Part shown: piece after piece, positions 29,182 through 42,027 of the stretch
Position numbering within the stretch: the stretch's first letter is position 1
Layout of the letters: the number at the start of each line of letters is the position of its first letter
Source of the DNA: an uncultured delta proteobacterium
GTDB lineage: Bacteria > Myxococcota_A > Polyangia > Polyangiales > B10-G4
Reading direction: 5' to 3'
DNA length: 64,000 nucleotides
Assembly: GCA_963727445.1 (NCBI GenBank)
Contig: CAVSGI010000010.1
Location: forward strand, 1,248,001-1,312,000
Made by a program: the position numbers and the translations under genes
Notes under the pieces: generated by a model
What the model was told of the DNA's origin: nothing
What the model saw: only the letters and a program-made list of their open reading frames with translations
The model's database searches: none

Positions 29182-32100
29182 TCAGGTGCCGGTGCCGGTC
29201 ATCGCGACGGTGGCCGTCTTGTTGGGCGAGCCGTCGGTGACCGTCAGGGTCGCGTTGCGGGCGCCGGTGGCCGAAGGCAGGAAGCGGACGCGCACCGAGC
29301 AGGTCGCCCCGCTGCGCGCGGGTCGAGCCGCTGCAGCTGTCGAGGATGATGTCGAAGTCGGCCGCATTGGCGCCCGTGATCGTCGGCTACCAGAACGCCC
29401 GTCGCCGGGTTGGCCTGGTTGGTGAAGGTGGAACGTGGTCACGACGCCACCCGCCGTCACCGAGGTGCTGCCGAAGGCAGGAGCTCCCGCTGGTGCGCTC
29501 CAGCGCCGCAGTACCGCTCGAGGTGATGTCGCCGGTGACCGACGAGATACCGGGCGAGCTCACGGTGAGTGTGCCGGAATCGGCGCCGATGCCCGTCGGA
29601 GCGTGGAGAATGGTGACGTCGCACATTCCGCCAGAAGCGGTCAGCGTCGGCGACGTGACGCAGCTCGACGACGGGTCGACCTCGAAGTCACCCGTGACCG
29701 CCGCCGACACATCCGCGTCCGAGCCTCCACCATTCTGAACGGTGAAGGTGGCGCAGGTGTAGGTGTCGTTGCCGGCATAGTTCGCCGGACACGACTGGGT
29801 GGTGGTCGGGGTGATGCCGAGGACTGCAGCCGCGAGGCCATCGCCGGTGAGGCTGGAAGTGTCCGAGAGGCCACCGCCCGCGTTCACGTTCAACGTCGCG
29901 TTGTAGGTGATCGGCGCCACCGGGTTGAAGGTGACCTCGATGGTGCAGCTATCACCGCCCGCGAGCGGTCCACCCGCGCAGGTGTTCGCGCCGATGGCGT
30001 AGATGCTGGACGCCGGGCCGGTCAGCGTCGGGGCAGGCGCCGAGGGTGTGGCCACGTCGCCAGCGTTGGTGACCGTGAAGGTGAAGGAGTCGCTCGAACC
30101 CGCAGTGGTGTCATCATACGTATGCGAGCCTGGGCTGAGGGTCAGACCCGCCGGCGCAAGCGAGGTACCCGTCGACGGCGCCCGCGGCATCGTCGGAACG
30201 CACCTGGGAAGTCGACTACGGCCGTGGCCTGATCGAAGCCGATAGGGAGCCCCTGCCGGGCGGATTGTAGGTGACGTCGACCGTGCAGCTCGCACCGGGC
30301 ATGACCGTGATACGCCCACCGTGCAAGGCGTCCCGCCCGCAGGCGTGATGGTGAATCGGCTGGCTGCCGGACCGCTCATGCGATGACGGAGATCGTCAGG
30401 GTGATGGCGCTGTTGTTGGACACCGTGAACGTCTGAGGACCGACCGAGACGCCACCCGGCGTGGAGCCGAAGTCGTACGGGGTCGGATTGATCGTCGGCG
30501 CTACGTTGGGCATCGAGATAGCCGTTGACGTAGATGACGCACTGAGCCTCCAGGGGTGCCGGTCACCGTGATGTCGCCGTCCTGATAGGGCGTCGGCGGT
30601 CCAACCGGCGGGCTGAAACGCGCATCGACGCGTGCAGCTGGCCCCGCCCATGAGCACGCCAGTGCAGGTCGTGCGACGATGTCGAAGTTCGCGATGGTTG
30701 GTGGTCACCGACGCGACTGAGAGTCCCCGTGGGCAGGTCGCCGCCGTTGGTGATGACGAACCGGCGGTTCGCTGAGTTGGCGCCGTTGATGAGTACGGCC
30801 GAACCAGAAACGAGTCCCGGCCGGGCAGCCGTAGCTGCCGCAGGTGCCAAGCCATTGGTGGTCGGAGGTCGTCGCGGACACATCCGCCGACGACATCACG
30901 AGCGCCGGATTGGACGCGGAGATGCTGTCGACCAAGCTGACTGCCGCGCGAGCGGTGTCGGCGAAGTACACGCCATTGCTCGCGCGAACCTCGACGTCCA
31001 TGTAATCGCTGGCCGCCGACGCCGGCGAGAACGCGACGTCGAAGGTGCAGGTGGCACCCGCGGTGAGCGTGCTGCAGGTGTTGTTCGTGATCGGGAACTC
31101 CGCGGCATGGCTGCCCATGCCCACGACGATCGAGCCGGTCGCCGCGGTTCCGACGTTCGTCACGGTGAAGGTCGTGGCCGCGCTGGTCGTGCCCTCACCA
31201 GTCGTGAACATGGCCGTCGCCAGGCGTCAGCGTGATCTGCGAGGACACCATGCCCGTAAGCGACGTGTTGTCTGTCTGTGCGCCCTGCTGGACGATCAGC
31301 GTCCCGTTGTAGGTCGCCGTCGTGCTGTCCGTGTTGTTCGGAGAGAAGCGAACGACGATGGTGCAGCTCGCGCCGCCTGCCAGGACGTCGGTTCCAGACG
31401 CGGGACAGGTGCCCGAACCCAGGATCGTGTACTGAGTGGCGCCGGTCAGCGAGTAGCTGAGCGTGCCCGTGTCCTCGGTCGGAGAGGTGTTGGTGACCGT
31501 GAAGGTGCGATTCTGATTGCGGGTCGCGATCACGGTTCCGAAGTTGGTCGTCCCGGTCACGTTGATGCTCGCACCGACGACGCCGTTGCCCTGGATGTTG
31601 GCGGTGGCGCTGTTCATCCCGTAGTCGAGAGTGACTGTACCCATGCTGGCGCCCGTGGACTGTGGGATAGAACCGCACTGACGACTCGCAGGTCGCGCCG
31701 GCCGCCAGGTTGGTGCCCGAACACGTATCGCGAAGATCGCCATGTCAGAGCCGAGCGCGGCGTCGTCGGAGATGATCCCGCTGCGTGACGGCGCCGGTGT
31801 TCTGCGCGGTGAGCTCGATCCGAGGACGTCGGCCGATGGCAATATCACCGAAGTCGGCCGGGAAGGTGGTGTTCGCCGCACCGGAGGGAGAGCGCTGCCA
31901 CTGCAGTGAACCGAATCGGCCCAACCGCGTTCCCATCGAGGGTGGCCGTCTCGGTCGCCATACCCGAGCCCGTGACGGTGAAGGGCGAGGTGCGGGCGCC
32001 GGCGCTGCCGGTCGGGGCGAAGCGGATGGTCACCGTGCAGCTCGCGCTCGAGGCGAGGGACGTGCCGCAGGTGCTGGCGGTGCGATAGAACTCCGCGCTG

Positions 32101-34310
32101 GTGCTGGTGCCGGGCGCGACCAGGGTCACGGACGAAAGCGCCCGCGTGGTCTGGTTCGTAACCCGGAACTGACGGTCGAGGGTGTTGCCCACCGGCACGT
32201 CGCCGTAGTCGAAGGTGTCGCCCGCAACGACCGGCTCGAGGAGGATGTCCGCGATGCCGGTGCCGTTGAGGGCGGCGCTGACGGTCGCTGCGCCGTAGTT
32301 CACATCCAGGGACGCCGAGAAAGCGCGCTTCGCGTCCTGACCGGGTGCGAACTGGACGTCATAGGTGCAGGTCGACGAACCGGCGAGGGTCGCACCACAG
32401 GTCGAGCTCGGCAGGATGGTGAAGTTGGTGTTGTCGGCCCCGCTGATGCTCGGGCTGATGCCGCTGATCGGGGTGGTACCGACGTTCTGAAGGGTGATGG
32501 TCGACGACGCCGTGTCCGTCTCGGCGACCATGCCGTAGTTCACGGTGGTCGGGTTGAGGCGGATGTTGGAGGGGTCGACGCCGTTGCCGGTCAGGTCGGA
32601 GACGTCGCGGCCGCCCGGGGTCGCGGTGACCTCGAGCTGGGCGGTCTGGGGTCCGGCCGCGGTGGGCTCGAAGCGCACGGTGATCATGCAGGTTGCGCCA
32701 CCGGTCAGAGCCGCGGTGCAGCCGTTGGCCACGAGGTTCCAGTGCGTGGCACCGCCACCGATGAGCGCAGCGCTGGGCACGCCGGAGGTGGCGGTCCCCG
32801 TGTTGGTCACGGTGAAGACGACGTTGGTGCTCATCCCGCCGACGGCGACGTCGCCGAAGTTGGAGGCGGTGGGCGTCACGGAGAGCACGGCAGGAGACTC
32901 ACCCGTGCCGCTGAGGGCCGCCGTCGCCGGAAGGCCAGACGCCCCCTGGACCCGCAGCATGGCGCTGCGCGCGCCGGCGGTCGTCGGGTTGAACACGACG
33001 GCGACCGTGCAGCTGCCGCCCGCGGCGATGGTGGTGCCGCTGCAACCGTCCGAGTTGATCGGGAAGTCAGCCGCGTTGGCGCCAGCCATCGCGACGGTGA
33101 TCCCGGACACCGGAGAGCCACCCGGGTTGTCGATGGTGAAGGTGGTCGCGCCCGTGGCTGTACCCACCGGCGAGCTGCCGAAGTCGAAGGTCGACGGGGT
33201 GATGGTGATGTTGCCCATCGAAAGCGTCGTCGCCGACAGCGTCGAGGACGCCATCAGCGTGCCATCGGTCACGTCGAGGGTCGCGCTCTTCGCGCCCTCG
33301 GGGAGCGCGGAGTTGAAGCGCACGGTGATCGTGCAGCTCGCGCCACCTGCCAGCGTGATGCCGCTGCAGGTGCTGGTGGTCACCGAGAAGGCGCCGGCGT
33401 CCGTGCCGCCGAAGGTGTGGTCGATGGTGCCCGTGTCCACGCCACCCGTGTTGGTGAGCGTGAAGTCGACGGTCGCGCTGGACATGCCTTCGGTAACCGA
33501 GCCGAAGTCCTGCGAGCCCGGAACGAGCTGCAGGGCCGCCGGCCGAACCGCGGTGCCGCTGAGCACGCCGGTCACGCTGCCGCCGGGGCTGGCGCTGACC
33601 AGGAGGTCGGCCGAGTGGCTTCCCGCCGCGGTGGGCGCATAGACCACGTCGACCGTGCAGGTTGCGCCTGCGCCGAGCGTCATGCCCATGCAGCCGTCGG
33701 TCTCGATCATGAACTGCGTCGCGTCCGAGCCGCTGAGCGAAGCCATGATCGTGCCGCTGTCCGACTCACCGGTGTTGGTGATGGTGAAGGTCTGCGCAGC
33801 GCTCACGGTCGAGACGACGTTCGTGCCGAAGTCGTACGGCGTGGGCGTGATGGAGAGCATCGGATCGGTCAGACCCGTGCCTTCCAGCGTCGCCATCGCA
33901 GAGGCCGTGCCGGCCGAAACGGTGAGCGAGCCAGACGCAGCGCCCGGGCCGGACGGCGTGAAGTTCACGGTGATCATGCAGGTGCCGCCCGCGCTGAGCG
34001 TCATGCCCGCGCACATGTCGGCGACGATCTCGTAACCCGAGCCGCTGATCACACTCGCGAGTGCGGGAGAGACCGCAGTGCCGGCGTTGGTCACGGTGAA
34101 CATCGCGTCAGCGCTGGTCTCACCGACGACCACGTCGCCGAAGTTCTGGAGCGCCGGCTCGATGGTGAGCATCACGCCCATACCGCCGTCGGTGCCGGTG
34201 TCTGTTCCGGTGTCACCGGTTCCGCCGCCGTCATCACCGCACGCGGCGAGCATCGTGGCGCCCAGTAGCGCCAGGACGGTCAGTACCGTCGTTGTACGAA
34301 AGCCATTCAT
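29182..34310 (-). CDS. very large lipoprotein of tandem Ig-like choice-of-anchor-D/ASH-like domains (distal half heavily frameshifted)
   Basis: Lipobox MLAACG; recurring F-G-x-V...FT(V/I)TNxG...F-x-I...C...L-x-x-G-x-(S/T)CT-x-x-V-x-F-x-P...G-x-G units continue through ORF fragments 31195, 30705, 30376, 29387 and 29182. Confidence 0.75.
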
Positions 34311-34612
34311 GTCTCGGATCCCTCCCTAGGAGTTCTTTGCGCAACCCACCCGAACCAACGGGATAGTCGAACGGCATAGATACGCGCGCTGCTGTTCGTT
34401 TACAACAGTGCAGGAGGCCGAATTTTGGGTCGCTGTGTGACGTCGCACGCAGCCCACTCTTCGCGAGGTCCCGAGGAGGCGACCCCCCCCACGGGGTGAC
34501 ATCGACTCGCGGCTCGACGAGTTCGTTGGGTGGATTACACCCAACCCGTGCTCGGCCTCGTTGTCCTTATTAAAGCGCACGCGGGGTCGCTGCTATCATC
34601 CCCTCCGCGCGC

Positions 34613-36202
<1,590 letters not shown>

Positions 36203-36208
36203 CCCGGC

Positions 36209-38356
36209 TCACATGAGGACGCAAGCGTTCCGGGGCGGGCCGCCGCCGCCGACGCGCCCACAACGCTCGCCGCTCGGACAGTCGGCGTCGGACGAGCACG
36301 AGATCTCGCAGTGCCGCCCCAGGGTGTAACCCGAGGGCAGGAGTGAGCTGCCATTGGTGCGCGTGTTCACGCTCATGCCGGTGCAGCCCGGCCAGCTCAC
36401 CCGCGCCACGTTCACCCAGTCGTCGGTCTCGTCGAGCGTGATGCCCGTGTAGGTGGCGATGAGCGAGCCCATGCAGAAGACGCGGATGGTGGCCGACGTC
36501 GAACCGCTCCCGCCCGACGAGTTGTCGCAGAAGTAGTGAACTCCGATGTTGTAGGTCCCGTTCGACGGTGAGGTGTCGATGCTGATGTTCTCGGGGCCGT
36601 AGCCGTCGCGATCATCGCGGTCGAGGGTCGGGTTGGCGGCGGCACCCACCGGGCCCCAATCGGGTGCGGGGTCTGCGTAGTAGCAGTCGTCGGCGGTCCA
36701 CCATCCGTCGGGCGGGGTGCGCGTGACGTTCAACAGGTGCAGATCGACGTCGCCGTAGGGCTGGTCCCAGGCCAGCTCCACCTGCAGGACGCCAGGTGGC
36801 GTCGATGTGATGGTGACGGTGCAGCAGGTGGTCTCGCCCTCGTCGTCGGTCACGCAGAGCTCGACGTCGAAGGTCCCCGAGGCGTCGAGGAAGAAGTTGG
36901 TGCTGGCGCTCGTCGGCGACGAAGGCATGGCGGTCGAGCCCGTCGGCCGCGACGTCACGGTCCACATGTAGCTGACCGCGCCGCCGTCGGGATCGGAGCC
37001 CGTGCCCGAGAGCGTCACCGTCGAGAGCACCTCGGCGGTGATGCCGCCGCCGCAGGTCACCACGGGCGGCGAGGTCGGGCAGATGCCTCCCTCGTCGGTC
37101 ATGCCGTCGCAGTCGTCGTCGCGCCCGTTGCAGTCCTCGGGCACCGGACCGGTGCCGCCCATGCACGCGCCCCAGCTGCCCGAGCCGTCGCAGGTCTGAC
37201 TACCCGCGGTGCACTCCCCGGTGCTGGTGCCGCAGCTCCGCATCATTCCCGTCGAGCAGGTGCAGCCCTCGTCCACGGTCCCATCGCAATCCTCGTCGTG
37301 CGTCCCGTCGCAGGTCTCGGTCCCCGGACCGGTGCCGCCAGCGCACGTGCCCCAGCTCCCACTGCTGCAGGTCTGGCTGCCCGGGCTGCAGTCGCCGACG
37401 CTCGAGCCGCAGCCGCGGCTCAGCGACTCGTCCGTGCTCCCATCGCAGTCGTCGTCGAGGTCGTTACAGGATTCGACGGTCGGGCTGGTCCCGCCACCGC
37501 ACGTCCCCCAGCTTCCGCCGACGCAGCTCTGGGTGCCCATCGCGCACTCGCCGACGCCCGAGCCACAGCTGCGGCTCAGCGACTCGTCCGTGCTCCCGTC
37601 GCAGTCGTCGTCGAGACCGTTGCAGTCCTCGGTCCCGGGTCCGCGCCCGCCGGAGCAGGCCTCCCAGCTTCCGCCGACGCAGCTCTGGGTGCCGCGCGTG
37701 CATTCGCCAGTCGCCGTGCCGCACGCACGCGACAGCGACTCGTCCGTGCTCCCATCGCAGTCGTCGTCGACGCCGTTGCAGGTCTCGGCAGCGGGTCCGA
37801 CCGCGCCCACGCAGGTGCCGAGCATTCCGTCGACGCACTCCTGCGTACCGCTCTCGCAAGCCCCCGTGGAATCCCCGCAATCGACAGGGCCCATCGCCGG
37901 ATCGCAATCGCATCCTTCATCGACGGCGCCGTCGCAGTCCTCGTCGACCGCGCCGTCGCAGACCTCGTCCGCGGGAACGACGTCACCGACGCACTCACCC
38001 CAGGTCCCGAACTCGAGCGCATCTTCGCAGGTCTGCTCGCCATCGGCACACGCGCCCACCAACCGTTGGCCAGCGCTGCCGCCGAAGCAGCCCTGGGTCT
38101 CACCCGGAACGCAGAAGCACCCCTCGTCGATCATCCCGTCGGCGTCGTTGTCGAGCCCGTCACAGTCCTCGGGCGTCACGCCGCCATCACCGGTGGACCC
38201 GTCGGGGAGCGAGGCGTCCGGGAGCGCGGTATCCCCCCCGATCCCCGTGTCGGAGAAGGCGCCGTCCAGGGAGGCGTCGTCGGTGCCGCTGCCGCGGCTA
38301 CAGGCCGAAAGGAAGACCAGGGCCACCAGGCCCGCAAAAGCTAGATTCCCGCGCAT
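36209..38356 (-). CDS. Cys-rich MopE-like repeat lipoprotein with PKD-like and YfaP/DUF2135-like C-terminal domains
   Basis: Lipobox FLSAC; seven C-x-G/D-x-D-D/E/N-DxDG-type repeats; LSGTGSDPDG...YMW (PKD-like); VELAW...DVDLHL...LDRDDRDGYGPENI...YNIGVHYF. Confidence 0.85.
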   Translation of the reverse strand: MRGNLAFAGLVALVFLSACSRGSGTDDASLDGAFSDTGIGGDTALPDASLPDGSTGDGGVTPEDCDGLDNDADGMIDEGCFCVPGETQGCFGGSAGQRLVGACADGEQTCEDALEFGTWGECVGDVVPADEVCDGAVDEDCDGAVDEGCDCDPAMGPVDCGDSTGACESGTQECVDGMLGTCVGAVGPAAETCNGVDDDCDGSTDESLSRACGTATGECTRGTQSCVGGSWEACSGGRGPGTEDCNGLDDDCDGSTDESLSRSCGSGVGECAMGTQSCVGGSWGTCGGGTSPTVESCNDLDDDCDGSTDESLSRGCGSSVGDCSPGSQTCSSGSWGTCAGGTGPGTETCDGTHDEDCDGTVDEGCTCSTGMMRSCGTSTGECTAGSQTCDGSGSWGACMGGTGPVPEDCNGRDDDCDGMTDEGGICPTSPPVVTCGGGITAEVLSTVTLSGTGSDPDGGAVSYMWTVTSRPTGSTAMPSSPTSASTNFFLDASGTFDVELCVTDDEGETTCCTVTITSTPPGVLQVELAWDQPYGDVDLHLLNVTRTPPDGWWTADDCYYADPAPDWGPVGAAANPTLDRDDRDGYGPENISIDTSPSNGTYNIGVHYFCDNSSGGSGSTSATIRVFCMGSLIATYTGITLDETDDWVNVARVSWPGCTGMSVNTRTNGSSLLPSGYTLGRHCEISCSSDADCPSGERCGRVGGGGPPRNACVLM

Positions 38357-38454
38357 CACACCGCCCCAGAAAGAAAGACCCTCGCGTTGTAACCGGAGGA
38401 GGGGAGCCGCGCTAGCGGACCCCGAAAGACCCAGGCGGGAGTAAGCTCGCAGCC

Positions 38455-39177
38455 ATGCCGCACCTCACCCGCAAAGGCGACGTCACCCTCCAATACGACA
38501 GCTCCGGAGAAGGCTTCCCCATCCTCGCCATCGCCCCCGGGGGAATGAAGTCGGCGGGGGGGCGTTGGAGCGCTGCGCCCTTCGACCCTGTCGCGAGACT
38601 CGCCAGCGAATATCGCGTGATCACCATGGACCAGCGCAACGCCGGCGCGTCGTGGGCGCCGGTGGACGACGACGACGGCTGGGCGAAGTACACGGACGAC
38701 CAGCTCGCGCTCCTCGACCACCTCGGCGTCGACCGTTTCGTGGCCATGGGCATGTGCATCGGCGGCCCCTACGCGCTGCGCCTCTGTCTCGCGGCCCCCG
38801 AGCGCGTCGCGTGCGCGGTCCTGCTGCAACCCATCGGCCTCGAAGACAACCGGGACACCTTCCACGAGCTCTTCGATCGGTGGGCGAGCGAGATCGAAAC
38901 CGATCACCCCGAGGCGACCGGAGACGCCTGGTCGTCGTTCCGCAAGAACATGTTCGATGGCGACTTTCTCTTCGGCGCCACGCGCGAAGAGGCGTCCTCG
39001 TGCGAGACGCCGTTGCTCGTGACGATGGGTGACGACCGCTATCACCCGCAATCGATCTCGCGAGAGCTCGCGCGCATCGCCCCCCGCGCAGAGCTCGTCG
39101 AGCGCTGGAAGGAAGGCGCCGACCTCGAGGCCGCGTCGGCGACCATCCGGGCGTTTCTCCAGCGCCACACCTGCTGA
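38455..39177 (+). CDS. alpha/beta fold hydrolase
   Basis: MDQRNAG, LLDHLGV, nucleophile elbow GMCIGG (Cys in place of Ser), GDDRYHP. Confidence 0.85.
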   Translation: MPHLTRKGDVTLQYDSSGEGFPILAIAPGGMKSAGGRWSAAPFDPVARLASEYRVITMDQRNAGASWAPVDDDDGWAKYTDDQLALLDHLGVDRFVAMGMCIGGPYALRLCLAAPERVACAVLLQPIGLEDNRDTFHELFDRWASEIETDHPEATGDAWSSFRKNMFDGDFLFGATREEASSCETPLLVTMGDDRYHPQSISRELARIAPRAELVERWKEGADLEAASATIRAFLQRHTC

Positions 39178-39208
39178 CCCCGGCGGCCGCGTCGCGTAGC
39201 ATGGCGGC

Positions 39209-40756
39209 GTGCGAACGGCCCACCTCGTCGCGCCCTTCGCGGCGGTCATCCTCGTCGCATCGTGCGGAGACGACGCACAGGGACAGCGCGCTCAGGGCGA
39301 AGCCGAGAGCGCTGGCGCGACGAGCGCCGCCGCGCCGGTCGCGGCCCATCACCCCACGGACACCCTCGCCCTGCCGCCCCGGGTCGATTACCTCGCCGCG
39401 GGCGGCGGCGCCGAGCCCGCCTCGAGCCAGGTCTCCCTCGAGCAGGACCTCGCGCTTCTGCGCACGCTCCTCGGCGACGCGCCAGGCGTCGTGCTCCACG
39501 CCGGTGGCGCCGGCGCCGCGAGCACCCACGAGGCCCCAGCGGAAGGAGAGATCGACGGCGACCCCCTCTTCGTCCGTCTGGGCGCGCTCCTCGATCCCCG
39601 GGAGAGCCGTCGCGCGCATTTTCGCGAGAGCGCGATTTCGCCCGACGGGCCCTCGTCGATGGTGGCCTTCGAGCAGGCGCTCCGGCGGGGCCTCGCCTCG
39701 GACCCGACCACGCCGCTCTTCCTCTACCTCAACGGTCACGGCGATCTCGGCGAGGTGAACGCGGACAACGCCGTCCTGCTCTGGGGCGGCGAGCCGCTCA
39801 CCGCCTTCCGCCTCGCCCAGCTCCTCGAAGGCGCCGAGCGTCCGGTCCGCGTCGTCGTGACCTCGTGCTACTCGGGCGGCTTCGCCGAGCTCGCCTTCGA
39901 AGGCGCAGACCCGGCGCGCGGTCCTGCAACCGCGGACGTGTGCGGGCTCTTCGCGACCACCGCCGACCGCGAGTCGAGCGGGTGCGACCCGAACCCCGAC
40001 CGCGCGGCGCAGGAGGGCTTCGCGCTGCACTTCCTGCACGCCCTCGCGAGCGAGGACGCACGCGGCCGGCCCCTCGATCCCGCCGACGTCGACTTCGACG
40101 GTGACGGCGTGGTGACGCTTTACGAAGCGCACGCCCGCGCGCGCATCGCCGGGCTGTCGATCGACATCCCCACCACCACCGCCGAGCGATGGCTGCGCGC
40201 GTCCGTCGACGACGAGGGTCCGCCGGTCTCGGCGGCGCCCGAAGCATCCCCGGTCGAGCGCGCCGTCGCCCGTGCGCTCGGCGCGTCGCTCTCCCTTTCG
40301 GATGCCGCCCACGCCGAGGCGCGCCTCGACGAGCTCGAAGCGGAGGTCGAGTCTCTGGCCACGCGCCTCGACGAAGCGAGCGGCGACGCGGACATCGCCT
40401 GGACCGCCTTCCGCATCGGCCTCCTCGAGCGCTGGCCCATCCTGGACGATCCCTGGGACCCGCGCCTCATGCCCACCATCGACGCGCATCGCGAGGCCAT
40501 CGAGCGCTACCTCGACTCCTCCCCCGTCGCGCGCGAGTACATCGACGCCCAGGACGCGGTGGCCACCCTCGAAGAACGGCTCCTCTCCCTCGACGACGCG
40601 ATCGCCCGGGTCACGCGCCTGGTCCGCGCCCACGAGAACATCCGCCTCGAAGCCCGCCTGCGCGCGCAGGGCGGTGAGGCGCTCCGGATATACGATAGGC
40701 TGCGCGCATGCGAAGCGACTCCGCTCCGCCCGAGACCGAGGCCGGCGAGCCACTGA
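39209..40756 (+). CDS. clan CD (caspase/legumain-like) cysteine peptidase lipoprotein with C-terminal coiled coil
   Basis: Lipobox LVASC; LFLYLNGHG and VVVTSCYSGGF His/Cys dyad motifs; DFDGDGVVTLYEA EF-hand-like loop. Confidence 0.75.
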   Translation: MRTAHLVAPFAAVILVASCGDDAQGQRAQGEAESAGATSAAAPVAAHHPTDTLALPPRVDYLAAGGGAEPASSQVSLEQDLALLRTLLGDAPGVVLHAGGAGAASTHEAPAEGEIDGDPLFVRLGALLDPRESRRAHFRESAISPDGPSSMVAFEQALRRGLASDPTTPLFLYLNGHGDLGEVNADNAVLLWGGEPLTAFRLAQLLEGAERPVRVVVTSCYSGGFAELAFEGADPARGPATADVCGLFATTADRESSGCDPNPDRAAQEGFALHFLHALASEDARGRPLDPADVDFDGDGVVTLYEAHARARIAGLSIDIPTTTAERWLRASVDDEGPPVSAAPEASPVERAVARALGASLSLSDAAHAEARLDELEAEVESLATRLDEASGDADIAWTAFRIGLLERWPILDDPWDPRLMPTIDAHREAIERYLDSSPVAREYIDAQDAVATLEERLLSLDDAIARVTRLVRAHENIRLEARLRAQGGEALRIYDRLRACEATPLRPRPRPASH

Positions 40757-41985
40757 CCGTCACCGGGATGGCCCGGATCCGGCGCGGCCTCTCCACGCGC
40801 CTCGGATGGCTGGGCGTGGCGCTGACGGCTGCGATGCCGCTCTTCGCGTACCTCCGCTCCCTCGAGCCGCTGCGCGACATCGCCCCCCTCGTCGGTGTCG
40901 GCGCCGGCTGGGCGGCGCTCGCGTGCTTCGCGGGTTGGGGCGTCGCTCGATTCGCGGGCCGAAGTCGGCGCGCCGAGCTCGTGCGAATCGATGCGCGCGG
41001 CGAGGGTGATTCGACGCGTATCCGTCTCGAACCGGAAGGCGGCGAAGTGTTCGAGGTGCGGCTCAGCGAGATCGCGAAGGGCCAGGTCCGCCCGCATGGC
41101 GATCTGAGCCAGCGCATCGATGCAGAGCTCGAGCTCCAGAGCGGCGACGTTCTGAAGATCAGAGTCGAGAGCCCCGACGAAGGTTTCGAGATCCTCAGCC
41201 TCGCCGGCGTCGACGTGTCCGATCAGCGGATCGCGATTCGGCTCCGAATGAACGGACAGTTCACCCTCGCCTCATTGGTCACGCTCTTCCTCGGGGCCCT
41301 CCCGGGCGGCGTCGCGATGGTGACGGCAGAGCGGCTCGGCGCGATCGCGGCGCTGGTGTACCTGGTCGGCTCGGGCCTGTTGCTGCGCTTCTTCCTACGC
41401 GTCTTTTCCCCGGGAGAGATCGTCGTCGGCGCCGACGGGGTGTCGGTGGGCAAGTTTCGCAAGCACACCCTGCCCATCCGCGAGCTCGCTGCGGCACGCC
41501 TGGTCGCGAGCGGGCAGGACGTGCTCCGTCAGACCCTCGTCCTCGAGCGCCACGTGGGTATCGCCGAGGTGATCAACCTCGGTCCCGTCGAACGGAGCAC
41601 CGCCCTGCTCCTCGTGACCCGCATCAATCGGGCGATCGCACTCGCAGGAGCCGCCGGTGAGTCGCTCTCGAGCCTCGATCGCGGCGACCGTACGCTCGAG
41701 CAATGGCGCAAGGAGCTCCGACGCACCCTCAGCGGCGCGGTGGACTATCGCGACCGGGGCATCCCGCGCATCCGCGTGGTCGAGACCCTCGAAGATCCCA
41801 ACGCGCCAGCGGAGCGACGCCTCGGGGCGGCGATCGCGCTCGAGGAAGCCAACGACCCGGAGGCGCGGCGCATCCTCATGCGGGTGGCCGAGGCCACGAT
41901 CGACGGCGCCCTCGCGCGTGCCCTCCGCGAAACGGCCGAGGGAGACCTGGAAGAGAAGAGCGCCGACGCGCTTCGACGTTCCTGA
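40708..41985 (+). CDS. hypothetical membrane protein
   Basis: Four hydrophobic segments, IVVGADGV PH-like region and a helical HEAT-like tail; alternative start at ATG 40768. Confidence 0.65.
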   Translation: MRSDSAPPETEAGEPLTVTGMARIRRGLSTRLGWLGVALTAAMPLFAYLRSLEPLRDIAPLVGVGAGWAALACFAGWGVARFAGRSRRAELVRIDARGEGDSTRIRLEPEGGEVFEVRLSEIAKGQVRPHGDLSQRIDAELELQSGDVLKIRVESPDEGFEILSLAGVDVSDQRIAIRLRMNGQFTLASLVTLFLGALPGGVAMVTAERLGAIAALVYLVGSGLLLRFFLRVFSPGEIVVGADGVSVGKFRKHTLPIRELAAARLVASGQDVLRQTLVLERHVGIAEVINLGPVERSTALLLVTRINRAIALAGAAGESLSSLDRGDRTLEQWRKELRRTLSGAVDYRDRGIPRIRVVETLEDPNAPAERRLGAAIALEEANDPEARRILMRVAEATIDGALARALRETAEGDLEEKSADALRRS

Positions 41986-42027
41986 CTTCTCGCGCTCGAT
42001 CCCTGCCAGCTGGTATTCTCACGGGCG

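Noticed and set aside
34311..34612. ncRNA or riboswitch in the 300-bp divergent intergenic region
   Set aside because: No recognisable conserved motif or convincing long stem by eye; an Rfam/Infernal search would be needed.
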